From Candidatus Lustribacter sp. (GTDB lineage: Bacteria; Vulcanimicrobiota; Vulcanimicrobiia; Vulcanimicrobiales; Vulcanimicrobiaceae), in the NCBI GenBank assembly GCA_965277805.1, contig OZ255842.1:4128001-4192000 (forward strand): DNA of 64,000 nt, written 5' to 3'. The notes beneath the pieces were generated by a model, which was given only the letters and a program-made list of their open reading frames with translations, was not told where the DNA came from and made no database searches. Made by a program: the position numbers and the translations under genes. This document shows, piece by piece, positions 30,089-45,193 of the stretch. The first letter of the stretch is position 1. Every line of letters starts with the position of its first letter.

Positions 30089-30883
30089 ATGCCAGCACAA
30101 TTTCTCGTTTGCCCGCCCACCCCGGGGGCCTTTCCCGGCACCGATGCGCCGCGCCAGTGGGACCGCCTCATCGAGACCGTCAGCTGCGCCGGTAACGCGA
30201 GTTTTACCGAGATCGGATCGGCGCCCGACGCACCCGGTCTGACCTTCATTTCGCGCGGCGCATTGATCGTCGGGAATCTCGCGATCGTCTCGAGTTTTCG
30301 TCTGCCCGAATTCCGGCGCGAGCAAGGCACGTGCCGCCGCGCGCTCTCGGACGCCGGCCTCGCGACGACGTTCTTGTGCCAAACCTATTTCGAAGGTGCG
30401 GCCGATGCGCTGTTCGATCGCGTGAGCCCGCTGTGTTACGCCGGGTACGGCCCGCGTTCGGAACGCAGTGCGACGATGCAGCTTGCGGACGTCATGAGTT
30501 GCCGCGTCTTGCCGTTGATGCTCGTCGACGACCGCTTCGTGCACCTGGACACCGTGCTCGCTCCGCTTTCCACCGGTCACTTGCTCGTCTACATGCCGGC
30601 CTTTTCCGAACACGCGCAGAGTCTGTTGCGCCGCGCGATCGACCCGCGCTTTTTGATCGAAGTCGGCATCGACGACGCGCTCGAGCTCGCGTGCAACGCG
30701 TTGGAGATCGGTGACGCCCTGATCTTTCACCGCGTGAGCCGCAGACTGCACGCGCAGTTGAACGCGATCGGGTACCGCGTGTTCTGTACCGAACTGGACG
30801 CGTTCGTTCAGGCCGGCGGTTCGGCGAAGAGCCTCATGCTACGGCTCGACGACGGCCCGTTCGCAGTCCGGGTTGCCTCCTAG
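30089..30883 (+). CDS. Amidinotransferase/dimethylarginine dimethylaminohydrolase-fold protein, probably degenerate
   Basis: FEGAAD, GYGPRS, HLDT and GGSAKS (Ser where the family has the catalytic Cys). Confidence 0.75.
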   Translation: MPAQFLVCPPTPGAFPGTDAPRQWDRLIETVSCAGNASFTEIGSAPDAPGLTFISRGALIVGNLAIVSSFRLPEFRREQGTCRRALSDAGLATTFLCQTYFEGAADALFDRVSPLCYAGYGPRSERSATMQLADVMSCRVLPLMLVDDRFVHLDTVLAPLSTGHLLVYMPAFSEHAQSLLRRAIDPRFLIEVGIDDALELACNALEIGDALIFHRVSRRLHAQLNAIGYRVFCTELDAFVQAGGSAKSLMLRLDDGPFAVRVAS

Positions 30884-30958
30884 CCCTTGCGTCCGGTACC
30901 GTACACAGTGGCCGGGCGGCGACTTTACGTGATAGGCTCGGCGATAGGCCGGCGCTAA

Positions 30959-31678
30959 TTGACCGTTCCTTACAAGAACGTGAGGAACATGATCACCCTG
31001 CCCCCCGGAAACTCGATCCTCGATGTTCTCAGCTCGGCGCCGGCGCTGCTCCCAAGCGCGCGCCTCGTCGCTCTGCCCAGATCCGAATTCACGACGCATC
31101 ATGACGCGGTCATGGCGTCGGTCGACTTCCCGATCACCGCGCTGTTGTCGGTCGTCGAGGTCTTGCCGGACGGCTCTACCGCCGAAATCACGAATATCGG
31201 CCGAGAGGGATTTGTCGAAATCGACGCCGCCCTGCACCACGATATCGCGATGCGCAGTTCCAGATGTTTGTGTCCCGGCGAAGTCGTCCGCGTATCGATG
31301 CGGGATTTCCAGCGGGCCTTGGGCGAGAGCAAGGTCTTCGCAGATAGCGTGTACCACGCGGTGCGCATTCGCTGCTTCGTCACCGAGCAACTCGCCGTTT
31401 GCGCAATGCGGCATGACGCTAACGAACGATTGGCGCGCTGGCTACTTCTCCTGGCTTATAAACAGCAAACCTCGTCCGTCGAAATAACGCACGAGGCGGC
31501 AGCCGGCCTGCTCGGGACGCGCCGGGCTACCGTCACGCTGGCCGCACAATTTTTGGCGCAGCGCGGTGCCATCGAGTACAATCGCGGAACGGTGCAGATC
31601 GTGAACCACGACGTGTTACGATCGCTGTCCTGCTCGTGTTACGACGTCTGCCGGAGAGCGCTCGACCAACTGATCTAA
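30959..31678 (+). CDS. Crp/Fnr-family transcriptional regulator (start uncertain, 30959-30989)
   Basis: IGREG, ERLARWLL, ITHE..A.LLGTRRATVT HTH, SCSCY tail. Confidence 0.88.
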   Translation: MTVPYKNVRNMITLPPGNSILDVLSSAPALLPSARLVALPRSEFTTHHDAVMASVDFPITALLSVVEVLPDGSTAEITNIGREGFVEIDAALHHDIAMRSSRCLCPGEVVRVSMRDFQRALGESKVFADSVYHAVRIRCFVTEQLAVCAMRHDANERLARWLLLLAYKQQTSSVEITHEAAAGLLGTRRATVTLAAQFLAQRGAIEYNRGTVQIVNHDVLRSLSCSCYDVCRRALDQLI

Positions 31679-31681
31679 GCC

Positions 31682-32413
31682 CTACTGCGGAGGGGTCCAC
31701 ACCGCGAGAATCGCGGCGTCGTCGGGATTTTCGCCGGTCAACAGCATTTGGCGCTCGACGACCGAGGCCGTCGGGAACCGGGAGAAATTGTACGCGAAGA
31801 TCGCCGCGTTCAACAAGTCCGCCATTCCTTGCAACGGCTTCCGGTCGCGCTCGATGACACCATCGGTATACAATAACAGCAGCGTCGCGTGCGGCAAATG
31901 CTGTTCGTGCGTGCGGAACTCCGACGCCTCGAGTATTCCGAGCGGCAGGTCGGCCTCTTGAAATTCCAGGAATGACGCGCCCTGCGGGCCGACGATGATC
32001 GGCGGTGGATGGCCGGCGCTGGCAAACCGAAGCAATCTGCGCGAGCGATCGAAGAGCGCGACTATGGCGGTGGCCGTCTTGTCCGCATCCGAATCGATCA
32101 GCATCCGATTCGCGCGCCGGAGGGCGTGCGCCGGATCGTCGCCCGCTTGCGCCGCGCGCTTGATACAGTCGCGCAACATGCACGCGGTATCGTGCTGAAG
32201 ATTCCCGTGACCGCTGACGTCGCCGAGGGAGAATGCGATCATGTCTTCCGAGACGTTGAACGTCTCGCACCAGTCGCCCGAAAGCTCGCACGAGCCCTGT
32301 GGGATCAGGCGCATGCTTACATCACAACAACCGAACCTCGTAATGCCATGACCGTCTTCGGAAGCGGCCGTATCCAGGCGTTCGATTGACGCCCGCGTTC
32401 GTATCTCGTGCAA
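31682..32413 (-). CDS. Stand-alone SpoIIE/PP2C Ser phosphatase without sensor domain
   Basis: SGDW, GDVSGHG, ASAGHPPP, LPLG, YTDGVIE, DDAAIL. Confidence 0.85.
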   Translation of the reverse strand: MHEIRTRASIERLDTAASEDGHGITRFGCCDVSMRLIPQGSCELSGDWCETFNVSEDMIAFSLGDVSGHGNLQHDTACMLRDCIKRAAQAGDDPAHALRRANRMLIDSDADKTATAIVALFDRSRRLLRFASAGHPPPIIVGPQGASFLEFQEADLPLGILEASEFRTHEQHLPHATLLLLYTDGVIERDRKPLQGMADLLNAAIFAYNFSRFPTASVVERQMLLTGENPDDAAILAVWTPPQ

Positions 32414-34653
32414 GGTGAGGCCCGGACCGTAAAATTGAGGTTGTGTAACCCTACCTTAAGACGGCCACGGCGCCCGGTCAGTACGCTTTTGACGCTTCGT
32501 GTTCGAAGACGATCGTCGCCAGCGGCGGCAACGTGATCGTGATCGAATGCAATCGGCCGTGCGCGCCGATCGGCTCGGCCTCTTGCGCGGAGTTGCAAAT
32601 CCCGCTTCCGCCATACGCCGGCATATCGCTGTTGAGGCGTTCGCTGTATGTCCCCGGCGTGGGGACGCCCAGCCGGAAGCCGTGCCGGACAACTGGCGTA
32701 AAATTCGTGATGACCACGGCGAAGGCGTCTTCCGCGCGGCTCCTGCGCACGAAAGCGACGACCGACTCATCTCGCTGGGAGGTAATCCAGTCGAGCCCCT
32801 GCGGGTCGGTATCGAATTCGTGCAACGCCGGCAACTCGCGGTAGAGCGTATTGCAGGCGCGCACGTAGTCCGCAATTCCGCGATGCCCGGCATCGTCGAG
32901 CAAATGCCAGTCCAAACTCCGGTCGTGGTTCCACTCACGGAGCTGCCCGAACTCGCCGCCCATGAAGAGCAGCTTCTTACCGGGATGGCCGTACATATAT
33001 CCGAAGAGCGCGCGCAAGTTCGCGCGCCGTTGCCACTCGTCCCCGGGCATCTTCTCGAGCAGAGACCGCTTGCCGTAGACCACTTCGTCGTGCGAGAGCG
33101 GCAAGACGAAATGTTCGTTGAACGCGTAGGTGAAAGCGAAGGTGAGCTGATCTTGATGGTAGCGCCGATTGATCGGGTCTTCGCGCATGTATTCGAGCGT
33201 GTCGTGCATCCAACCCATATTCCACTTGTACGTAAAACCGAGCCCGCCCTCGGAAATGGGTCGCGACACGTTCGGCCAGGCGGTGGATTCTTCGGCGATC
33301 GTGATGCCGCCGGGAACTTGTGAGCTGACCAGCGAGTTGACGCTCTGCAGCAGCGCGATCGCATCGAGATTTTCGCGTCCGCCGTATTTATTCGGTATCC
33401 ACTCGCCGGGCTTCCGGCTGTAATCGAGGTAGAGCATCGAGGCGACGGCGTCGACGCGCAGCCCGTCGATGTGATAGCGATCGAACCAGAACAGGGCATT
33501 TGCGAGCAGAAAATCGGCGACTTCGTGGCGCCCGAAATTAAAAACCAGCGTATTCCAATCCGGTTGGAACCCTTGCCGGGAATCGGCATGCTCGTAGAGC
33601 GCCGTGCCGTCGAATCGGCCGAGACCGTGCGCGTCGGTCGGAAAATGGCCGGGCACCCAGTCGACGATCACACCAATCCCCGCCCGGTGCACGCGGTCGA
33701 CAAAGCGCGCGAAGTCTTGCGGCGAACCGAAGCGGCTCGTCGGAGCGAACATGCCGATCGGCTGGTAGCCCCACGAACCATCGAAGGGATGTTCGGCAAT
33801 CGGCATCAGTTCGATGTGCGTGAAGCCCATTGCGGTAACGTAGGGGATGAGCCGGTCGCCGATCTCATCGTAGGTGAGATAACGATTCGCATCACCGCGA
33901 CGCCACGAACCCAAGTGCACCTCGTAGATCGTGATCGGTGCATCGTAACGGCCCGCGGCCGCGCGCCGTTCCATCCACGCGGCGTCTTCCCACGCGATAT
34001 CTCCCGCCACCGCGACGATCGACGCGGTTCCCGGTGAGGACTCACATGCAAAGGCGAACGGGTCCGCCTTCAGCGGTAGGAGCGTGCCGGCCGATCCGAC
34101 GATTTCGTATTTGTAGCGGCTGCCCATCGAAACCGCGGGCAAGAAGATCTCCCAGATGCCGCCGGTTCGCCGGCGCATCGGATGACGGCGGCCGTCCCAA
34201 TCGTTGAAGTCGCCGACGACCGATACGCGCACGGCCGACGGCGCCCACACCGTAAACGCAAAGCCGGAAACGCCATCCATCGTCCGTTCGTGCACGCCGA
34301 GCATGTCGTACAACCGGCGGTGCGTGCCCTCACCGAAGAGGTACAGGTCGACGTCGCCGGCGATCAAGCCGAACCGGTAAGGGTCCTCGATTTCCAGCGT
34401 GAGCGTGCCGACTTGCAGCCGGAGCCGGTACGCGAACGGCTGCATGCGGCCGGGCATCGATCCGGCAAAGAAACCGGCCGCATGAATGCGGCGCAGCGAT
34501 GCCACGACGGAGCCGTCCGCGGCGTCGACCACCGCGACGCTAGCGGCCTGCGGCAGCATTGCGCGCACCGAAACGGTGCCGCCGGCGATGTGCATGCCGA
34601 GGACCGCAAACGGGTCGCCGTGGCGCGCGTTGACGATCGCCGCAACGTCTTCC

Positions 34654-37943
<3,290 letters not shown>

Positions 37944-37947
<4 letters not shown>

Positions 37948-40900
37948 GATACGCGCCCATCCACGCGCACGATCAGCGCCGGAGAAACGTACGGATCGAG
38001 CCAGACCGACACGACGGGACCACGCCACGAGAAACGTTCTCCGGTGAGCAGGTTCTCACACGCGATCGGCTCGCCGGGCACTATGCCGAGGTCGGCCAGC
38101 GGCAGATGTATGCGTACGTCGCGGCCTCGAAACGGGCTGAGATTCACAGCGATCAAAAGCGTATTGGCGCCGGCGGTCTTGCGATAGAAGAGAACGTCGT
38201 CGTCCTCGGCGTGACAGAAGCTAACGTTTCGCCAATCGCCCAGCGCCGGGTTCGCACGGCGAATGCGGTTCACCGCGCGAATATGTTCGTTGATGTTGCC
38301 GGGAGCATTCCAATCGCGCTGCTTGAGCTCGTATTTTTCCGAGTCGGCGTACTCCTCGCGCTCCGGCAGGGCGCCGTTCTCGCAAAGTTCGAAGCCGCTA
38401 TAGATGCCGTAGAGGCTGCCGAGGGTCGCAGCGAGATAGAGCCGGATGAGAAACGCGGGCCGGCCGCCGGTTTGCAAGAACGGCGGCAAGATGTCGGGCG
38501 TATTCGTAAAGAAGTTCGGCCGGTAAAAGTCGGCCGGCGGCGGCGCTGCGAGTTCGGTGAGGAATTCGGTCAGTTCGCGCTTGGTGTTGCGCCAGGTGAA
38601 GTACGTGTAGGATTGCGTAAAGCCGGCCTTCGCAAGTTCATACATCACTTTGGGCCGCGTGAACGCCTCGGCGAGAAACAACACGTCCGGATGACGGCTG
38701 CGGACTTCGCCGATCATCCACTCCCAAAACGCGAACGGCTTGGTGTGCGGGTTGTCGACGCGAAAGATGCGCACGCCGTGACCGATCCAGAACTCGACCA
38801 CGTCACGCAGCTCGTTCCATAACGCGGGCGCGTGCGGACCGTACCAGTTGAAGTTGACGATGTCCTGATATTTCTTGGGTGGGTTCTCCGCGTATTTGAT
38901 CGTGCCGTCGGACCGGAAGGCGAACCATTCCGGGTGCTCGCGCACGTAGGGATGGTCGGGCGAACATTGCAGCGCGTAATCGAGAGCGACTTCGAGCCCC
39001 CGCGCGTTGGCGGCCGCGACGAAATGGTCGAAGTCCGCGAAGGTTCCAAGGCTCGGGTCGATCGCACGGTGCCCGCCGCTAGCGTTCCCGATGGCCCACG
39101 GGCTGCCGGGATCGCCGGGCGCGGCCTCGAGGCTGTTGTTGCGGCCCTTACGGAACGAGACGCCGATCGGATGGACCGGCGGAAGATAGACGACGTCGAA
39201 TCCGAGCTCGGCAATGCGCGGCAGCTGCAGCTCCGCATCCGCGAAGGTTCCCGGCCGGCCCGGCTGCGAGGACTGCGAACGCGGAAACATTTCGTACCAT
39301 GCGCCCGTTTCGGCCGCGGGCCGGTCGACGGTAAGCGGCAGCGCCGGCTCGTAGCGCGTTGCGTAGCTCCGGTCGGGCGCGAGCTCCATGAGGCGCGCCG
39401 TCGTCCCGCTAAGCAAGACCGCAAGCTTTTCGCCGTCGGACGCTGCGCGATCGAAGGCAGCTACAATGCCCGCAAGGCGTGGGCCCACGGCGTCATCACC
39501 CCGCTCCGCCGCAGCGGCGACCAACGCGCGGCCTTCATTCAGCTCGAGCGCGACCGGCTGTCCGGCAGCATGTTTGAGTTCCGTCCCGTGCGCCCACGTT
39601 TCGAAGTCGTCGGGCCATGCCTCGATCGTGTACTCGTACGTTCCGACGGCGTCGGGCACGAAGTCGCCGCTCCAGCGGTCGTTGCCGAGGGGGTGCATCG
39701 GCGTTTCGTTCCAGGCCGGGGCACCGGTGCGCCGGTAGAGCAGCCCGGCCACAATGGCGTCGTGACCTTCGCGGAAGATATCCACCCCGACGACGAAGCG
39801 CCGGCCCGCGACGCGCTTCACCGCATGCCGGCCGGCGTCGATTTGCGGCGCGATGCCTTCGATAACGCACGGCCGGGCCGCCGCGGCGGGTTCGGCGCCG
39901 GCCGCGCCGGCAGCACGCGCCGGCACGGTGCGCGGAGCCGCCGGAGCAAAGACGCGGATCGTGAGCGGCGGCAACGTGATGTCGCGCGCGGTTGTGCCGT
40001 ATTCGCCCGGCGTCGCTTCCGGCAGCCGCACGCCGTGCACGGCCCGCGAGGCCACATCCGCGTCGATCGTTACGGAAATCGCCGGGCTCGAATTGATCAG
40101 CGCCAACGCTTCGGTGAGCCCGTCTTCCGTTTGCCGCACGAGCGCAAACGCCGTACCGTCGCGATAGAGCGCCCGCGCCGGGCCTTCCTCGTTGAGCGCG
40201 GGAATAGATGCCTTCATCGCATTGACGCCGGCGATGAACGGTGAGAGATCGAAGCGCGGCTGCTCCCAATGCTCCGGGCGCGTGTAGACGACGTGCAATT
40301 GCTCGGCGAAGCCGTACTCGAAGCCCATCGGCATCATCACGCCGCTCGAGAACACCGCCGCGAAAAGATAGCGGAAACGGTATTCGGCTTCGATCGCGGC
40401 ATCGGAGACATCGTTCGCTTCGGCGGCCAGACGCGGCGTATCGTGGCTTTCGGGAAACGCGATCGACGGCGCGATGCTGCGGAACTGCTCGTACTGCTCG
40501 AGGAGCCACGGCGACCGGAAATCCCACCACTTCGCACTATTGAACAAGTAATCGAATCCCGCCGAGCGCAACGCCAGCACGCTCTCGAGCGGCGCCCCGA
40601 GATTTTCGGCAGCGAAGAGCACGTCCGGCATCTCCCGGCGCGCGCCGGCAATCAATGCGGCCCACACGTCGGCCGGAACTTTGTAGGCGGCATCGCAGCG
40701 GAAGCCGCGCACCCCGAGCTCGATGTACTGCTTGATGACGCCCGCGAAGAAAGCGATCATCGCGTCGCGCGCGGGACGGTCGGTGAAATCGAGTTCGGCC
40801 AGGTCCGTCCACACGGTGACGTTCGCGGGATCGGCCGGGTCGGACGCCGAGGGCGACTCGATCTCCCCGGATGCGTCGCGGCGGTACCACTCCGGGTGCG

Positions 40901-41219
40901 CGGTGACGAGATCGGCGTCGCGAGCGGTGTGGTTGATGACCAAATCCATCATCACGCCCACGCGTGCCTGAGCCGCCCGGTCGACGAAGCGCTTGACGAG
41001 CGCCCGATCCGAGGCGCGCGATTTGCCGCGAAAGAGCGGATTCAAGCGCTCGTAGCTCTTCACCGCGTAGAGGCTGCCCGAATAGCCCGTTTCGTGAAAC
41101 GGGTTGACGTAGATCCAGTTGAACTCCATCGCGGCGATGCGCGGCACATGCTCGATCCAGCGGTCGATGGAGCCGGCGAGCGTGGGAAACAGATTGTAAA
41201 TTCGGGGACCTTGCTTCAT
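37944..41219 (-). CDS. glgE: GlgE maltosyltransferase fused to an N-terminal GH13 alpha-amylase-like domain
   Basis: N-terminal: IYNLFP, SGSLYA, DLVINH, GFRCDAA, AENL, ESHD. C-terminal Glg[45 protein letters not shown]. Confidence 0.92.
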
Positions 41220-41231
41220 CGGTGTCGCTTG

Positions 41232-43415
41232 TTACCCGTTCACGTGGCGCATCATGTCATGGCCGCGGCCGGCCTTCGCGAAGCTTGCGGCGATCGCGTG
41301 CAGACGGCCGTCGACGGCGAGCTCCTCGAGCGTCTCGGAGATGCGCCGGCGCCAGTTCGGATACTCCGTGCTCGTTAGGGGCACGTTGACGGGGTCGCTC
41401 TCTGCGGTGACGTCGTCGATTTGCGCGATGGCGAGCACGGCCTTCGTCCGGGCGAGAAAAGCATGGACCGCGACCAGGATGGCGCCGTAGTTCCGCTCGT
41501 CGCTCAGTGCGAGGAGGTGCTCGCTGCGCAATGCCGCGATGAGAGCAGCCCGCGCGCGCTCGCGCGTCTGACGTTGCTCGGTCACGTCGGCCTCGCGCAA
41601 CAACCCGAGGCGGCAGCGGAGATCGATGTCCGTCTCGTCCATCCAGGCCCGCAGCGTCGGCAGATCGTGGCTCCCGACCACGGCAACGGCTCGCTCCGGA
41701 TAACGTTCCGGCGGAATGAACGCGCCGTCGTCCGGGTCGGTCTCGAAAAAGAGCACGCGGTACGAGAGAATGTTCGCCGCATCCATGCGTTCCCGAAATC
41801 CGGCCGGCACGGTGCCGAGATCTTCACCGATCACGAGGCAATTGTGGCGGTTGCTCTCCAGCGCCAGAATGCCGACGAGATCGTCCAACGGGTAGGCGAC
41901 GTAGGCGCCGTCAGCCGCGTCGTGGCCGTGCGGGATCAGGTAAACATGCTGCAAGGCCATCACGTGATCGATGCGGATCGCGCCGGCATGGCGCATGTTG
42001 GCGCGAACGAGCTCAATGAAGCTGCGATAACCTTCGGCGCGCAGGGCGCGGGGATGAAACGGCGGCAGTCCCCAGTTTTGGCCGGGCGGGTTGTAGATAT
42101 CCGGCGGCGCGCCGACGGACGCCGTCTGCACGACCGCGTCAGCGTTGGCCCAAACTTCGGCGCCGTTCGGGTCGGCTCCGACCGCGAGATCGCGATAGAG
42201 GCCGATCCGCATCCCTGCCGCTTCGGCGGCGCCGGCGGCCGCGGCCAGCTGCTCGTCACAGATCCATTGCAACCATGCGAGAAAGCGAAGCTCGTCGCGA
42301 TTCTCGCTTGCGAAACGGGCGACGGCGTCCGAACCCGGATCACGATATTGCGCGGGCCAGGTGCGCCACTCGCTGCCGCGCGGGGCGCCGCCGGCAAAAT
42401 GGCTGCGCAGCGCTTGAAAGAGCAGCGCTCGCTCGAGCGGCGCACCGCCGTCGCGGATGAATCGTTCGAATGCTTCGCAGCGTTCACCCGATTGCTCGAC
42501 GCACGCGAAGACGAGGCGCAGCACGCGTAACTTCGCATCCGCCACCGCGGCGTAACGAACGTGGCTCGCTGCGCGGTTCGTTTCGAGCTCGGCCTGAAAT
42601 TCAGGCGATGCGACGAGTGCTTGCGCCTCCGCGCAGCCGGCGAACTCCGGTATGGCAGCGGCATCGATGTTCAGGACGTTGAGCAAAAGGCGGCTCGCCG
42701 GCGAATACGGGCTGACGTGTTCCGGGTCATCGATAAACAGCGCGTGCAGCGGGTTCAAGCCCACGACGTCGGCACCGAGCGCCGCGGTCAGCTCGACGAG
42801 TTCGCGCAAGTCGCCGTAGTCACCGATGCCCCAATTTCGCCGCGACCGCAACAGGTAGAGCTGCACGGCCAAACCCCAGGCCTTCTTTTCAACCAGCGCG
42901 TCCGGCAACACGCATTGCTCCGGCGTCACGATCAGCGCCGTCTCCGCCTCCGTTCCTTCGATGCGGAGGTGATGGTAACCGTGCGGCAGCGCGGCCGCCG
43001 GCACCAGCGCGCGCCGTTCCAGGCGGCGTTCATCGATCGATCTCGCCTCAAGCCGGCGCAGTTGCGCGAACGGCACGCTGCCGGAGCGCTCCGAACCATC
43101 TTCGAGCACGATTCGCCAGCACACGTCGCCGGTTTCCGCCGGCAGCGCGATCGGGATCGTGATATCGTTCTTCGCGCTCGTAACGACCGCGGGCGGAAGC
43201 GGTCGCAGCCACTCTTCGCGCTGCAATTGCTCGAGCGCGGTTCCGGCCGCGGCTTCGTCTTCGGCGGGTGCTCCGAACGCCGCCAGCAACGCACGCTTCG
43301 CGGCGTCGGAGGCCGTCCGCTCGTCACCGCGCGCGTCGGTGAACGACGCCTCGATGCCGAACGCCGCCGCGAGCGCGTCGAGTGCGCTCAAAGAGGTTTC
43401 TCGATCGACCAGCAT
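41232..43415 (-). CDS. malQ: 4-alpha-glucanotransferase (amylomaltase, GH77)
   Basis: WGIGDY, SPYSPASR, DLAVG, GAPPD, QNWGLPP, RIDH, GEDLG, SHD, PNWRR; GGAG SD. Confidence 0.96.
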   Translation of the reverse strand: MLVDRETSLSALDALAAAFGIEASFTDARGDERTASDAAKRALLAAFGAPAEDEAAAGTALEQLQREEWLRPLPPAVVTSAKNDITIPIALPAETGDVCWRIVLEDGSERSGSVPFAQLRRLEARSIDERRLERRALVPAAALPHGYHHLRIEGTEAETALIVTPEQCVLPDALVEKKAWGLAVQLYLLRSRRNWGIGDYGDLRELVELTAALGADVVGLNPLHALFIDDPEHVSPYSPASRLLLNVLNIDAAAIPEFAGCAEAQALVASPEFQAELETNRAASHVRYAAVADAKLRVLRLVFACVEQSGERCEAFERFIRDGGAPLERALLFQALRSHFAGGAPRGSEWRTWPAQYRDPGSDAVARFASENRDELRFLAWLQWICDEQLAAAAGAAEAAGMRIGLYRDLAVGADPNGAEVWANADAVVQTASVGAPPDIYNPPGQNWGLPPFHPRALRAEGYRSFIELVRANMRHAGAIRIDHVMALQHVYLIPHGHDAADGAYVAYPLDDLVGILALESNRHNCLVIGEDLGTVPAGFRERMDAANILSYRVLFFETDPDDGAFIPPERYPERAVAVVGSHDLPTLRAWMDETDIDLRCRLGLLREADVTEQRQTRERARAALIAALRSEHLLALSDERNYGAILVAVHAFLARTKAVLAIAQIDDVTAESDPVNVPLTSTEYPNWRRRISETLEELAVDGRLHAIAASFAKAGRGHDMMRHVNG

Positions 43416-45193
43416 ACGCTCCACGGGGCAAGTACGCCGTTCTCGAGAGCACCTTCGCGCCAGAACTCCATCCCCGCGGCGCTCGGCGCGCCCGCGACCG
43501 GATCAGCACTCAGATTTGCAAGGAGTTCGATCAGCACGCCGTTTTGCGACGTCCAACGCACCGACACGGCGCCCGGGCCGAGCACCGCGTATTCGCCGCC
43601 GTGCTGAATTTGCGGAAGCAGCGGAACGATCACCGCGCGACGGACCTCGAGAATGCGACGGTACCACGCCAGCCATTCGGCGTGCGGTTCTCGCTCGCGC
43701 GCGTTCCAATCGAGTTTCGCCGACGCAAACGTCGCCTCGGCTTCGGGATCGGGAATCGTCTCGCGCACGGCGGGGTCGGCGAACGCGGGGAAACGCGCGA
43801 ACTCTTCACGCCGCCCGCGGCTGACCGCCGCGGCCAACTCGCCGCTGAAGTCGCAGAAAAACGGAAAGGGTTGCTCTGCCGCCCATTCCTCGCCCATGAA
43901 CAGCATCGGAATTTGCGGCAGCAACAGCACGATTGCCGCGATGGCGCGCACGGCTTCTTTGGGCGCGATCGACGTGATGCGTTCGCCGAACGCCCGATTC
44001 CCGACTTGGTCGTGATTTTGGATGAACGCAACGAACGCATCCGGCGGCAGCTCCGCACTCGCTTCGCCGCGCGGCGCCGAGCGATACGGCATCAATTCGC
44101 CCTGAAAGGCGAAGCCTTCGGCCAGTGCGCGGCCGAGCCGTTCGGTGTTGCCGCAATAGTCGACGTAGTATCCGGTGTCCTCGTGCGTCGCAGCCGCATG
44201 CAGCACGTGGTGCACGTCGTCGTTCCACTGCGCCGTGAAGTAACGCGGGTTACCGTCGTTTCCGCGTGCTAAGCGCCGCGCTTCATTTTCCTCGTTCTCG
44301 AGAACCAAATGGATCGGGCGGCCGGTGACGGTCCTGCGAACGCGCTCGGCGAGGGCATCGAGCAGATGGACGGAGCCATCGTCGATGATCTCGTGGACCG
44401 CGTCGAGCCGTAACCCGTCGAGATGGTACTCCTCGAGCCAATAACACGCGTTCTCCATGACGAATTCGCGAACCACTTCGCTGCCGGGACCATCGTAATT
44501 GACGGCGTCGCCCCACGGCGTCTTGTGCCGGTCGGTGAAGAACGCGCGCGCATAGGTCGACAGATAATTGCCCTCGGGGCCGAAGTGGTTGTACACCGCG
44601 TCGAGCAGCACCATGATGCCCTGCGCGTGCGCCGCTTCGACGAAACGCTTGAAATCTTCGGGGCGGCCGTACTGCGAATCCGGCGCGAACGGCAGCACGC
44701 CGTCGTAGCCCCAGTTGAAGCGGCCCGGGAAATCCGCCACCGGCATGATCTCGACCGCGGTAACGCCGAGTTCGTGCAGATGAGGTAAGCGGGCTGCCGC
44801 GCCGGCGAACGTACCCTCGGGAGAAAACGCACCGACGTGCAGTTCGTAGAGAACCGCTTCGTGCCACGGACGGCCGGCCCAAGCATCGTCGCGCCAATCA
44901 TATGCGCGGGGATCGATGACCTCACTTGGCCCGTGCACGTCGTCGGGCTGAAAGCGAGAAGCCGGATCGGGTACCGCAATCCCATTCGGCAACACAAAGG
45001 TATATCGTGATCCCGGCCGCGCCGCAGCCGTGACCAGTTCGTGCCAACCATTATCTCCGGCGACGAGCGGCATTTGCGCGGGTGCGCCGTCGAGCGCGAT
45101 CAGCACCTGCGGTGCATCGGGGGCCCAGATACGAAAACGCACCCCGGCCGGCCCCGGCTCGGCGCCGAACGGCATCGAGCGAGTGCGAATCAT
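43388..45193 (-). CDS. treZ: Malto-oligosyltrehalose trehalohydrolase
   Basis: FRIWAP, PDPASRFQP, YELHVG, NWGYDGV, YNHFGPEGNY, RLDAVH, QNHDQVGNR; start at ATG 45193. Confidence 0.95.
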   Translation of the reverse strand: MIRTRSMPFGAEPGPAGVRFRIWAPDAPQVLIALDGAPAQMPLVAGDNGWHELVTAAARPGSRYTFVLPNGIAVPDPASRFQPDDVHGPSEVIDPRAYDWRDDAWAGRPWHEAVLYELHVGAFSPEGTFAGAAARLPHLHELGVTAVEIMPVADFPGRFNWGYDGVLPFAPDSQYGRPEDFKRFVEAAHAQGIMVLLDAVYNHFGPEGNYLSTYARAFFTDRHKTPWGDAVNYDGPGSEVVREFVMENACYWLEEYHLDGLRLDAVHEIIDDGSVHLLDALAERVRRTVTGRPIHLVLENEENEARRLARGNDGNPRYFTAQWNDDVHHVLHAAATHEDTGYYVDYCGNTERLGRALAEGFAFQGELMPYRSAPRGEASAELPPDAFVAFIQNHDQVGNRAFGERITSIAPKEAVRAIAAIVLLLPQIPMLFMGEEWAAEQPFPFFCDFSGELAAAVSRGRREEFARFPAFADPAVRETIPDPEAEATFASAKLDWNAREREPHAEWLAWYRRILEVRRAVIVPLLPQIQHGGEYAVLGPGAVSVRWTSQNGVLIELLANLSADPVAGAPSAAGMEFWREGALENGVLAPWSVCWSIEKPL

